Part shown: piece after piece, positions 26,481 to 38,205 of the stretch
Layout of the letters: each line of letters starts with the position of its first letter
How positions within the stretch are numbered: position 1 is the first letter of the stretch
Origin: Spizellomyces punctatus DAOM BR117
Lineage: Eukaryota
Strand: one strand, 5' to 3'
Length of the DNA: 64,000 nucleotides
Assembly: GCA_000182565.2 (NCBI GenBank)
Contig: KQ257465.1
Program-made: the position numbers and the translations under genes
The notes under the pieces: generated by a model
Databases searched by the model: none
The model's input: only the letters and a program-made list of their open reading frames with translations
What the model was told of the DNA's origin: nothing

Positions 26481-26828
26481 GTTAAAGTACGGACGTATCG
26501 GCGAAAGTATGGACCTCGCAGGATCGTAGAAACATGTTGAAGTGAGTCATGCGCCTAGTGTTTTTCAATGACAATCGGAAAGGCTATTGAACATCCGCTG
26601 CTTACGCGAGTCATGTGTAAGCAGCTCTTAGCCTCGTGTGTTTATAATTGAAAGTATCCAAATGATACTTTATAGTACATGCACTATATCCTTCATACAG
26701 AAAAAGTCACCAACCACAATTTAAAGAGTATTATTGAAGAAGTAGAAAATCCTGGTCAGATACCATTCAGTCAATCATAGACATACATTATATTGCTTCT
26801 GTAATGTCCCGTTCTTACATATGCCCCA

Positions 26829-28492
26829 TCATAAGAAATATGGCGTTGTCTGTCTAGGTGGTACCACTCGTTCCGTGTCCGGTACTGCGTTGAAGATTTT
26901 GAAGGAACTTTCATTGATCTCTAAACTCTCGTCAATCGACATGATCGAGGCAACGTTGCCGCAACGGTAACAGTAGTTTGGTGCGGACCATACGGTAACA
27001 AGATTTTCATCTTGGAACATGTACTTATACCCCTCTTGTACCAATTGGTGTGCTCGTGCAATAAGGATAAGGTTATTTACATGATTGAACTTCAACACAC
27101 AAGAATTGTCAGTTATGAGCTTTCCGAGCATCACCATCGTCAGTTCACTCACCTCAGACGTAACTTTGCTCCCGAATAGCCATCCAGCCCCTCGCGGACT
27201 CACCGCCCATGTGTCGATGTCCTCTGGATCTGACCACATCAGATCTAAAGAAATAGATGTAAACTTCCAAGACTTTGCCACGGATGAGCGTTCAGAAACA
27301 TACCACAGAAGGCGCCCTCATGCGGAATCTCTTGGCATCGCTGTATCGTTCGGATCTGGTCCAGTGTCCGCACATCAGGAGAAAGGCCACCATGCACACA
27401 TAACACCCGCCCGTCGACAATCTACGATTGGTGTCAAATGGATATTTTGGTGGTAATTCTTGATTCTCCTCTTTTTGCACATACCGCTGCTAGTGTCAGA
27501 TAATCGAATACAGAACAGCAGTATTTCCACACGTTTGCGTTCCCATATTTGGTCTGACATTCATCTATGTGACATGGATAAATTTTACAGGACGGTCGCT
27601 GAAAAAGTCGAGGCTATCATTACGCACCGTAAAATCCGTACACCTGTGTAATTTGTCGGCTCTCGTGATTGCCCCTCAATAGGGTGATCTTATCTGGGTA
27701 CCTGGAACAGAAAAGATTCTTGAGCTCCGAGGTTCTGGATATGGTAGACAAACTTAGGCTGCGCATTGCTTACCTGGCCTTCAGTGCCAGTAATAGTGTG
27801 AACGTTTCCAAGCTGTAATACCCCCGATCCACAAAATCCCCCTAAGTAACAGGACCAGAAATGAGCTTTGCGTGTCCAGATATGCTGAATAGAACGGGTT
27901 TCCCACCGACCATGAAAATGTAGCTCGTATTAGGTATCTCCCCTCCCACTTTAAATAACTCCAGTAGATCGTAGAATTGACCATGAATGTCGCCACAAAC
28001 CGTAACTGGTGAATGTACGGGCTGAATATTTGATTCCTCCATCAAGAGCTCCTTAACCTACGAAATTACAAAGAGTGCTGGTCAACAAAATGATCTTCGA
28101 TTGGCATTCATCCACCAGTTGACATTGTCAGCACAAGCACCGTGTGAAATGCGCCAAAGACCATGCCGGACGGGACTTCTTTCAAAGCACGATTGTGCCC
28201 ACAATAATGCACTCCAATCATCACAGCGCCATGTAAAATTTCTGCTGCCGTGGTTCCCTCCAAAGTTGGCACGAGACATTGGGCCCCTTCTCCACCGCGT
28301 CAACAATATATCAAAGTCCCTGACATACCCACCATGTCACAGAGTTTTTTTATGTCAGGTTCAGGAAGATACTGACATTTCTTCACTGTTTCGAGCCATT
28401 CATCCGGACCTGCGTAACAGCGAAGAATCTCGACGTAAGTTCGCCGTTGGCAGGAAAGGCCTAGGTTACGCCAAGCGAGTACTACCAGACAT
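26829..28492 (-). CDS. SIT4: Ser/Thr protein phosphatase 6 catalytic subunit (Sit4/Ppe1/PPP6C)
   Basis: Spliced [82 protein letters not shown]-terminus. Confidence 0.95.
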
Positions 28493-28799
28493 GGTTGCAG
28501 TTCAGATGTTGTAATTGTCGTTGTGAAAGGTGAAATTCGGGATACTCTTCCACACTGGGAGGCGACGGCTAGGTAATGTGCGAAAGACGTTGATTACACG
28601 GCAGGATCTTGTACGGTTGTTGTTATCGCTGGTCTTGCCGGCACGTCAGGGTATAGCGCGCAAAGCCACACTATGGCTGATTGTGGTGGCATAAGGTGTC
28701 GTCATGCCAACAAAATCTGCTTAGGTAAGGAGCAAGTTAGAGGCAGGTCTGTTTCAGCAGTTTCCTTTCCTTGTTGGCATCTATTCTTTCGCTAAGAAA

Positions 28800-29525
28800 T
28801 TGGGACGGTCCATCATGGCAGGGATGGTCAGCTCTGGCTTGATGGATAGCTCACAAGGCAATGAACGATTGGCGTGTAAGAGAGTACGCTCGGAGTATTC
28901 CACTCAAGCCGAACCCGACATTGAGTTAAGGTCGTTATGGACTCCTCCACCCTCACCAATTGCTACGGTTGCCACCATTTGTCCCATTGCGCACAAAATG
29001 TGGTTCACAACACCAACAGAAGATCTTAATCGCAAGAGAAGTTTAGATGGTGAATCTACGCAACCACTACCTGCCCCTTCAACTGTAGATCTCATGGATG
29101 TGGATCTACAACCCCGTCCAGCACTTTCCATCCTTACGCAGTGCTTCAACCACGTACGCACCACGACATCTTCTCCCACTCTGCTTACCCTTCTCGATGA
29201 CCTCCTCCGCCCGTCCCTTGCATCCTGGCGTGCGCATTTTAACCTTCTCTTCTTAACGGAAATAAGGCATGCCCATCCGGAACCCAGCAATGTCACAACA
29301 ACCGGTATATTTCATTTAGTTCATTATCTCGAAGATATGAAAACACTGCAAGCTACCTGGCAAGCTGCGGCGGGACATTGGGCCTGGCTCAGTGGTGCAA
29401 TTACAGTTGGAAGAACATGCGGCAGCTGGACGCTCTATCATAAGGTGATACAACAGCTTGTAGTTTACTGGCTGGAACAAGAAGGCATGGTCCATGCTGT
29501 GAATGAGTATCGAGCTCTGACGTGA
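28800..29525 (+). CDS. Hypothetical protein
   Basis: 241-aa ORF with a Pro/Ser-rich N-terminal half and a helical C-terminal half, divergent from SIT4. No family recognised. Confidence 0.5.
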   Translation: MGRSIMAGMVSSGLMDSSQGNERLACKRVRSEYSTQAEPDIELRSLWTPPPSPIATVATICPIAHKMWFTTPTEDLNRKRSLDGESTQPLPAPSTVDLMDVDLQPRPALSILTQCFNHVRTTTSSPTLLTLLDDLLRPSLASWRAHFNLLFLTEIRHAHPEPSNVTTTGIFHLVHYLEDMKTLQATWQAAAGHWAWLSGAITVGRTCGSWTLYHKVIQQLVVYWLEQEGMVHAVNEYRALT

Positions 29526-29753
29526 GCTTGCATCAAGCATCTAGCAGTGTGGCGAAATCGAGGGTGAAGGTTAGAGCCGGATAGGGATGCCAACGTATTT
29601 GATTTAGACCATAGGTGCAACGACCTCCGTTGCAGTATAGCTCCCTGATTTGATTCTATCCTTATGTATATATGGTATATAGCATGATCTATCATTAATA
29701 TCGCATGATAAATTCAGGCGGGCATGGTAAGGATCTGAAATTTGCATTCGTCC

Positions 29754-31069
29754 TCATTTGCGGGGATCCCAGGTGGGGTTGACCCTCAACTTCACACGGT
29801 CGTTGTTGGCAATGTCAGAAAAGTCCACGTACTTGAAAGTCGTTTCGGCGGCTTGGCTACCATCTGGATTCGTTTTATGGTCATCATGAACTACCAGCAG
29901 TCCCTGTGGGAATTTGGTTCCCAAGCCGGTGGAGACGACAGCAAGGCCGTCAGTCTCAGTCACTTCGTCGATATTGTTACCCGCCTTAACAGTGAAGGAA
30001 AAAAGATACTTGTGGGGGGCTTTCCTCTCATAAACGTTGTATGCGCTGATGCCTTGGACGGAGACGAAGATATATCCCTCGTCCTGCGGAGTCGAATTGC
30101 GTGTCAAAATGGTGTGCAGCTTCAGTCATTGCTGTGAAACCAACCTTTTCTTTGCCATAAAATAGTGATACACCTTCAACATCTGGAACCAGATGCCCTC
30201 CATTTGCAGTGTCAACGGAATCAACCAAGGTTCCCTTGGTACTTCCGTTAGGTTCAGCATCATACTTCCACAGTCCTTTGTCCTCCTCGCCGACGAACAA
30301 CCATCCATTATCCTTGTCAGCCACACACCCCTCAACCTGGCCTCCATTGCCCGCTTTCCAACGACGAACCAGTTTAGATGTGAGGCTGCGGCCCTTCGCG
30401 AAAATCTCATATTGGAGGTACTCGGAAGTTTTCGAGTTGATGAAGACTACGACAACACGTTGGTATTAGGTTATGACTTCTTGACGGGGGTGTCCAACTC
30501 TCGTGACATACCATACTGCTTGCCACTTTTTGGACTCTTGTACTCGCAACTTCCATATACCTTAAACCCGTCTGGCGTTGGTTGCGTTCCACCTCGAATC
30601 TCCTCAAGCCGCCCCTTCTCGTTAATCTTCCACATACAGATGGTGTCATCGGTTCGGCAGGCCGCGATAGCAATGTCAATTTTCTCAGAATCAAATTCTA
30701 GGTCATAGATTACATCAACGTTGTCGGGCCTGCCAGCTGAGACGAATTGCAGTGGCTATACATAGGAAGAAGATATCAAAGGATCATCCAATTAGAAAAC
30801 TAATCACTAGGATGCAGCGTGCACACCTTGCCGTCCAAATCAAAGACATGCAGACCTCCATCTGCCTTCTCTTTGGAGGTTGTAATCACGACGGACTTGG
30901 CCGTGTCTTTTTTGTGAATCCAAATGGCGGGATCGTCACCGTCAATCCCAGCAGGTCCTGTCTCAGCCTTGGGAACAATTTCATATGGAGTTTGCGGAGC
31001 CGCCAAAGGAGCAGCGCGCGCTCCACATATGAGAGGAAGAAGAATCAGAAGGTTGGTCAACTTGGTCAT
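29754..31069 (-). CDS. Secreted beta-propeller phytase (PhyC-type 3-phytase)
   Basis: Signal peptide, then [75 protein letters not shown] and [11 protein letters not shown]. Confidence 0.92.
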
Positions 31070-31169
31070 GATTGCAGTATGAGGACTTTTGGCGAGACAG
31101 ATGAGGTTGACAATGCAGATATTTAAAGAAGAAACGGAGGAGGGCTTTGGAACTGCGCTTAACCTAATG

Positions 31170-31385
31170 CACGTGTTAGAAACCCACGTAATGGGGGGGA
31201 AGCTTTTTGTTTTTTTCTTGATCACAGCCGTCTGTGCCAATAAAGGACGACGATCTCAGCACGACATCCTACGATGTTGTTGGCGATCACAACATTCTGT
31301 TCAAAATCGACAGCGAGGATCTCATATGCACGTGGGTCTTGCCTTTGTAAGTAACTTGTAAGTTTAATTCACTGTTATCCACGTG
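31170..31385. promoter_or_regulatory. Cluster of three CACGTG E-boxes (Pho4/NUC-1-like sites) upstream of the phytase
   Basis: GCACGTGT (core 31170), GCACGTGGG (core 31329) and CCACGTGC (core 31380) lie 100-320 bp upstream of the phytase ATG. Confidence 0.6.
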
Positions 31386-31736
31386 CATTGCAAGTCAAAC
31401 TCTATAAAACGTAAATTGGGGGAGTCTGCGCAGGAAATACCCGAAGGGACAACCCCCGACTTGCCCGCAAGGTCTGTCAAGGTGTCTACCGTAAGTTTTA
31501 TGCTCATCCTCCAAGGGATTCTGGCATCCATATAAACATGTTATATATTTAGTAGCATGAATGATCAAAACAAACTAAGGTTGTTCTAATTTTGGTGGAT
31601 ACTATGTGAGGGATGTGATCTGAATCCCTAGTGGAGAACAGATGGAATTCTCAATAAGAAAAAGCATATTTTCCCTTGGGTCCCCTGTCTGTCTCAAACT
31701 GCACACTTGACCGATCATCGAACGCCGTTGCCCAAC

Positions 31737-33305
31737 ATGGTGTGGACATTTCCAGAGGTCGATATCGATCCTGCCGACTTCCCGGTTCCTTTTACCATTG
31801 AGTCCCAAGTGATGGTGGCAGTTGTAATTATCTCAAGTTTTTGCAGCAAAAGCACTCTGAAGCCCGCAACGCTAATCTTTCACTTTGTTCCTAAGGTCTG
31901 CATACCCTTGATCATATCCTTTTCTATAAATGGGCTACTGCTCTATGTCTTTGCACGAGAGAAGCCGCTATGGACTTCGAGCAATATGTTGCTAATGAGC
32001 ATGAGTTTAGCTGACTTTTTGCATTCTTTGTAAGTGTAGATTTGATGCGGAAGTCACTATTCTTCGTTTTGCTAACCCTATACTCTGCTCAACAGCACCT
32101 CCGTTCCAGTGCTCCTCTGGAATCTTGCAGAAAATGCATATGTGTCGCCTGTAGCGTGCAAATGGCAAGGGGCTTTGGCTTTATTCACCGGATCCGCACA
32201 GCTTATAACTATGAGCACCATCGCTATAGAGAGATACTTTGCGATTGTAAAGGTGGGATGGAACTTTGAATTTCAACGGTATTGACAACATGGCTCACCG
32301 TTTAACTCGCTCAGCAAAGCCCCATGCCCACTCGAAACGTTCTTGCAATGGCCTCCGTCCCATGGTTCACGGCATTTGGAATCGCTGGCTTTCCTTTCCT
32401 TCTTGGCACCCTTTGTCGCCGCCCCACCAATGTTACTTGTGCAGCTGCCTGGTGGACTCGCGAAACCCGAGGTGTTATTTTCACCATCACCTGTTTCGCA
32501 ATCCTCTCCACTTCTATGAGTCTGACAGTCCTGCTGTATTATAAAACGTGGTTGGTTGTGCGAAACCAAACTAGGGAGCTCCAAGATCTGATGAAGAGCC
32601 GAATTACTGCAACTACCGTCGCAACAGCGAGCACTGCAAACGCTGGCCAGTCCATAATCCAAACTCGCGCGATGTCGACGCAGGAGTTGCCTCCTGAGCG
32701 AAGCCGGCTGCGTCGACTTGTAGATACTTGTTTGGAAGTGGTTCTCTTCGTGATGAAGGGGGCGAATGCGGACCAGGACGAACATGAAGTGTCAGGACAA
32801 GGAACTGGTTCCCGGGGAAAGGCGCCGCGCCAACATACCACCCAAAGAAGACAGGTGTTAGAAAAGATAGTGTTCAACCGATCATTGCGGATCGTTGCAG
32901 TATTTTTCTTGGGATGGGCACTGTATAACGTCATGTTCGTGCTTGGTGAGTGATCTTGATGTTAACGAGATCCTGGTGTATCAATTAATGTTCTTTACCA
33001 CAGAGCTAATTATGGGCAGACCCGTTCCACTTGTTATGGACTACCTGGCTCACGCCTTGGTATGCATTTCTGGAATATGCAACATGCTGATCATGGTAAC
33101 CGACAACAACCGCTTTAACGAGGCGTTTCGGCGGCATTTGGGCGTGGGCAAGTTTCGACTTGAACGGAACATGGCCAGCGGAAGCCGGGATACCTTCGAA
33201 AGCCCGTCGCTAGAGAAGGTCAACGGCAAAGTTCAATCACCAGCGATACTTGTTGCGGGCCCAGGATCTATTGACTGGAAGATTGACGAAGTGGACGGAG
33301 CATAG
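31737..33305 (+). CDS. Class A (rhodopsin-family, opsin-like) GPCR
   Basis: TM1 INGLLL, TM2 SNMLLMSMSLADF, ACKWQG, TM3 IAIERYFAI, TM6 FFLGWALY and helix 8 NNRFNEAF, in spliced exons. Confidence 0.85.
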
Positions 33306-33809
33306 ATATCTGTAGATAGTGGCGTACCCAGTCTTTTTAAGCACGGGAACAAATTGACAATGATATTAACCCGGCGTGTCGAGTGACATATGTGTCGGAC
33401 ATTGGTCCAATTGCATCTGCCATCTGGCGAAGAAACTTAACATAACGTTTCCTGTAGAGTGGCATACACAACATTTTTGAGCACTCGGAAATTTTGTGAA
33501 AATGTTAACCTTGCATTTCTAGTGACGCTCCATATCTAACATTGGTACTATTATATTGGGCGAAGACGAGCTAGCATAACGTGCCTCATCCAATTAGATT
33601 TATACACCGGCTATCTTCACGTCCACATCATCTGGAGCACATGTCAAAGGTTAGGGACTCATATTCATAGCGCCAGGTTAAGCGATGCAGATAGATCCAT
33701 CTCAGCGCACAGAATTCCCATCATGGAGATCAGAGTAATTCTAGAGCTTGATTTCTTGCAATATCATCATCGATGGACATTCCTCCTTGTACGCCGCGCA
33801 CCTACCAAG

Positions 33810-34882
33810 TTATCCCGGTGGAAGCATGGTAGCGTCAACCTTCCCACTGTCATCTTCTACTTCAAGACTAGCTTCGTCTTCGAAGACACCATCCACAGGA
33901 CTACGAGGCATGGCCATAGCACCTGAGAATCGAGGAACAAATAGATGAGAATGAATGTTGGTAACATTTTCTCGAGCTGTGGCGCAAGAAAGATATCTAC
34001 TTACCCGACCGCGCAGCTTCAACTATGCCGTATGGCTTGAGAAGCTTCAAAAAAGCATCTACTCGGTCGGGTTTTGCACTGAGCTCAAGGATAACCCCAT
34101 CGAGACTAACATCCACCACACGGGCCCCAAACAGACGGGCCAGCTCGGTGATCGCCTGTCGCTGCAAAGCGGTTCCTAGCAAAGGGGAGAAAGACGTCCG
34201 ACTCTAAAGAGCCCGTTATATTAGCGTAAAGCAGATGATAATAAAGACCACCTAGCGGAAACTATACCTCGGGCTCCTCAACCTCCTGTCCCTCAATCTC
34301 ATGCTCTACGAACTCACTCAAATGCTCATGCGGCACAGTGGAAACCTTTGCCAAAAGCAGTTCCCTTTCAACAATTCTGCCATGGGTATAGTCCAAAACG
34401 GCCCACACCGGCACCATGTCCTCCAGCTGTTTCTTCGCCTGCTCAATCACAACTTTCTGCCCATTCAGAACAATGGTCATACGTGACAAATCGGGTACCT
34501 CGGTCTTGGCAACCACCAACGATTCAATGTTGAAACCCCTTCCAGCGAGGATTCCCGATACATGTGAGAGAACACCAGGTTCATTGGAAACAAGGCAGTT
34601 TAGGACATGTCGAGTAACGGGCGCGGGGGTAGCGTTTGGTGTGTTGTAGAGGATATTATTCACAGCTTCTTCCGGAGACGGAGGAAATGGTGTACGGTCA
34701 AGAAACGCCGGCTTCTTGCGTCGTCTTCGGATGCGGTTACTAGCGTCGGTAAGGTGGGTTGATGTAGACTGAAAGCGGATAGAATAGCACGCCCGAGCCA
34801 AGGCAACGTCAGTAGAAGAACAAGCCTTGAAGGCGAGTCCAGTAAACAGCCCCCTGGACAGTGCACGATTTATTGGCAACAT
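33810..34882 (-). CDS. ILV6: Acetolactate synthase regulatory subunit, mitochondrial
   Basis: HVLNCLVSNEPGVLSHVSGILAGRGFNIESLVV (ACT domain), ELSAKPDRVDAFLKLLKPYGIVEAARSG and C-terminal LPPG. Confidence 0.95.
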
Positions 34883-35249
34883 GGCTCTGATTCCGTGCAG
34901 GACTCTAATGGGGAACGAACCTCAAAAGCTCATCAGTTGGTGATCTTGAAGATTCGCATCACGTGATTATGGAAGATCTCGATTGTTTCTATAGAAACAC
35001 CAACATCATCCAGTGACTTGCCCATCTGGACAATCAGCGGGTACTGACTCATTTCCATGAAGTGTGCGCTACCAAACCACCCTGCAAATTCGTTGATTTC
35101 GCGAGCAAAGATTGACTACTGAATCATACGGGCAATCAATATAGCAAAATATTCGAAACTGCAAAACACATGGTATTCAAGATGGTTCAATTGGCTGGGA
35201 AAACCCCGTAATATTGCATGTTATTTTACAAATCCGCCGACATACGCCT

Positions 35250-36714
35250 CTATTCGTCAGCCTCCTCACCCAACTTGCGCAAGAAAGCCTCTTTCTTCTG
35301 CTTAACACGGTCTTTGCGCTGCTTAAGGCCTAGACGCTGCTTCTTGAACCGCTTGAGCTTGTTCTTCTGCTCCTCAGTGAGAGGTGTGCGCTCCTTCTTC
35401 TCTGCCAAGGGGTTCTCGCGGATGGCTTTGTGTGCCTCGGTGTACAAGTCCTCGAGATCATCGGGTTCAACTTCGTCCTCAATGTAAGAGGCAAATTGAC
35501 GTTTGTACGCCTCCTCATCTTCTTCCTGCAGGTATTCCATATAGTCCGCAACGTGGCGACCAAAGATGTACCCACGGAGAAGCTCTGCATCGATCTCCTT
35601 GCCATCCCATCCAGGGAAACGGCTCTCACTGTGGGGAACACGAAGACCTCCATCAGCGGCACCCTTCAACGCACCGAAGATACGGTGACCTGTGGTAGTG
35701 CGGCGGAGACCAGTGTCGAGGTAGGCGGTGAAAGGACGAGGACCGTCGTCCAAGGGTTCTACCTCGTACTTTTCTCCATCAGGCTCAGTCTGACCTTCGT
35801 ATTTGCTGTCAAGTCCGAGCTTCGCAAGGACACGTCGGGCAAGAAGGAGACCAGTGGCGTAAGCTGCGACATAGAATTGAATAAGTTTCCATCTGTCAGG
35901 AGATTTGTCCGTGACAAATTGCTTTGTGATTCCTACCGGCAGCCCAGTTCGTCAGACCGTGCTTGATACCATACCGTGGCAGCTCGTGGGCGTAAGCGGC
36001 GGCAAGAACAACATCACCCTGGAGCTTGGCGTACACAATTTGTGTGATAATATCCTTGTTGGTGATACGGACAACCAATCGGTACTTGGGCGAGTTGTAC
36101 TTGTTCTTGGCTTGGGTCACCAAACGCTTCCGGGCATAGTAGTCAGTCTTGCCCTCTATACAAATTGCGTCAGTTCAACATGAACATTTATTGAGACTTC
36201 AGACCCTGATTCGACGTAGAGAGTCTCGTGGTTCAGATAGGAGCGAAAGAAAAATGAATCCACACGATAGTTTCTCGGTTGAACTATGTAATCATCATGT
36301 GCACGAAACTCTCTCACGTCGAACTCGGGCCTGTAGGCAGCAAAACAAGGACAGTGCAATGCACCTACTCACCGCGCCTACGCCTGTACTTGGTCTGGTA
36401 CCGCTTGTAGTACGCCTTGTTCTTAACGAGCTTGACGAAAGGCTAGAGAAACACCAAACAAAGGACTGTATAAGTGACTGTCGACAGAGAATTGTATCTT
36501 GATCGCCCTCCAATTTGCAAATCTGCTATATACGAGTGTCTTCATCTTGCTTCACATCGTCATGGGTCCACGTAATTCAGGGCGACAATGTGATCCACTT
36601 TCGTCTCGCACATCCATCCATCCATCATCCTCCATCAATCCATCCCGAACAGTTTCCATTCCATACGATCCAAACATCTCAGCTCCTCCCATCATCCTCC
36701 CTCTAACTCACCAT
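35250..36714 (-). CDS. RPL5: 60S ribosomal protein L5 (uL18)
   Basis: ATG-only first exon, then [49 protein letters not shown] and [18 protein letters not shown]. Confidence 0.97.
36228..36303 (-). ncRNA. Intronic box C/D snoRNA, snR60/SNORD80-like
   Basis: In RPL5 intron 2: C box ATGATGA (36298-36292), D box CTGA (36236-36233) and a long flanking stem. Guide CATAGTTCA is complementary to the conserved LSU motif UGAACUAUG, and TCTTTCGCTCCTAT to AUAGGGGCGAAAGA (one G-U). Confidence 0.85.
36503..36585 (-). ncRNA. Candidate second box C/D snoRNA in RPL5 intron 1
   Basis: Terminal stem TCGCCCT/AGGGCGA, C-like ATGACGA and D-like CAGA. ACACTCGTATATA just upstream of the D-like box could pair with LSU ..AUGCGAGUGU. 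Confidence 0.4.
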
Positions 36715-37051
36715 CGTGGTTGAATCCTCGCCTGGAGAAAGACACAGAGGATGATCAATGCGGAGAAGGAAGATAGCTCTGAGGCCGAGAGAGTTGCTTT
36801 GTTGAACTTGCTCCTGGTCACGTGGACATTTCTCCATATATGGCTATATGCGGACAACATCATTGGCTGAAATCTCGTTATTTCTCGTCAGCGTCCTTCC
36901 AGTGGGAGGCTTAGTAGAAGACGAGGGCATTGGAGAGGCTGGCAAGTCGAAAGTCTGATTCTTCCTTTCCATCCATCCATCGGTGAAACATCCGAAAGCT
37001 TTTACAGCCTTTTGGGTCCATCGTAACTTTTCCGTCCATCAGATAATAAAG

Positions 37052-37964
37052 ATGGTATGTATCTATGGGGCATTAGTTTATTTCTGGATCACCAAGGCAC
37101 GGGCGGATGGATGGGTTATGGATGGAGGAGCAGGGAGAAGAGAATGGTACATTTGCATGCCGAACATGCAATGTCCGTGACGATGAGGATTCTTCGAAAC
37201 GCACTTGGTATCACTGGGGAAGAAGGTGAAAGGTCGTCTCGTGGAAGGGATTACCTTCTCTCTATGGCCGATGGATTTGAAGAGAACTGGCATTGGAGCC
37301 CGGAGCTTGTAGAGTTAGGTTATGCCAGTTGGGAACGGCGAAACGAGGGTTGATTTATTCAACTCCCCACTAGGATATGCTCTGGTGGCCCTGTTAAGGG
37401 ATTCGTATGGAGCATTAAATCCGGGTGGTCTCAGCGACCGAAGATCTCCAGTTTGGTGAATCCTCGCTCACCTTTACTGCTACCTCTGTAGGTTTTCAGC
37501 AGGTTCGTTGAGGTTGGCCGCGTGGTCCTCATCACCTACGGCCCGGACGCCGGCAAGCTTGCCGTTGTTGTTGACATTATTGACCACTCCCGCGTCATTG
37601 TTGACGGTCCTACGACCGGTGTTGCTCGTCAAGCAATCTCTTTCAAGCGTGCCACCCTCACCGACCTGACGATCAGCATTCCCCGCACCATTGGTACTCC
37701 CGCTCTCAAGGCTCAAATTGAAAAGCAGGACCTCCTCGGTCGGTGGAGCAAAACTGCATGGGCCCAGAAGATTGCCAAGCGTGAGGCCCGTGCCAAGCTC
37801 ACAGACCTCGACCGGTTCAAACTCATGGTTGCCCGCAAGCAGGTGGGTAAAATTCACACTCTGCTGCCATTGACATGCGCCTACTCACGGTGAACATTCT
37901 ACTTTGACACTAGCGCCGTGCTATTGTTGGAAAGGCTCTTGGAAAGATCAGGAAGTCGAAATAA
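37052..37964 (+). CDS. RPL14: 60S ribosomal protein L14 (eL14)
   Basis: ATG, then intron 37055-37491, then [50 protein letters not shown] and a final short exon. Confidence 0.96.
37184..37466 (+). ncRNA. Candidate structured RNA within RPL14 intron 1
   Basis: Nested complementary segments: GAGGATTC/GAATCCTC, TGGGGA/TCTCCA, GGTCG/CGACC, CTCGT/ACGAG, GAAGG/CCTTC, GCCG/CGGC, AACTGGCAT/ATGCCAGTT, GTTGA/TCAAC and ATGCTC/GAGCAT. Confidence 0.5.
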
Positions 37965-38205
37965 ACTCCTTGTATATTTGCTGAGGGCGTAATATGAAAC
38001 GTGGACACCCAAAACAGATAGTTCTGCATCACAGTGCCCCCATATCTTAATGCCTGTTGGCTGTGTGGATGAAGATTCAGTGCATTTTCCGTGGGAAGAA
38101 AGTTACCCTTAGGCACTTCGATGTGCGATTCGTACAATTTAATTCACACGAGTGAAGCTGATATATGATACAAGGCAAACAATGTACATTCCCGACATTC
38201 TCATG

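Noticed and set aside
28128-28224. GTGATGA...CTGA (minus strand) in the long SIT4 intron as a possible C/D snoRNA
   Set aside because: No clear terminal stem and no rRNA complementarity that I could recognise.
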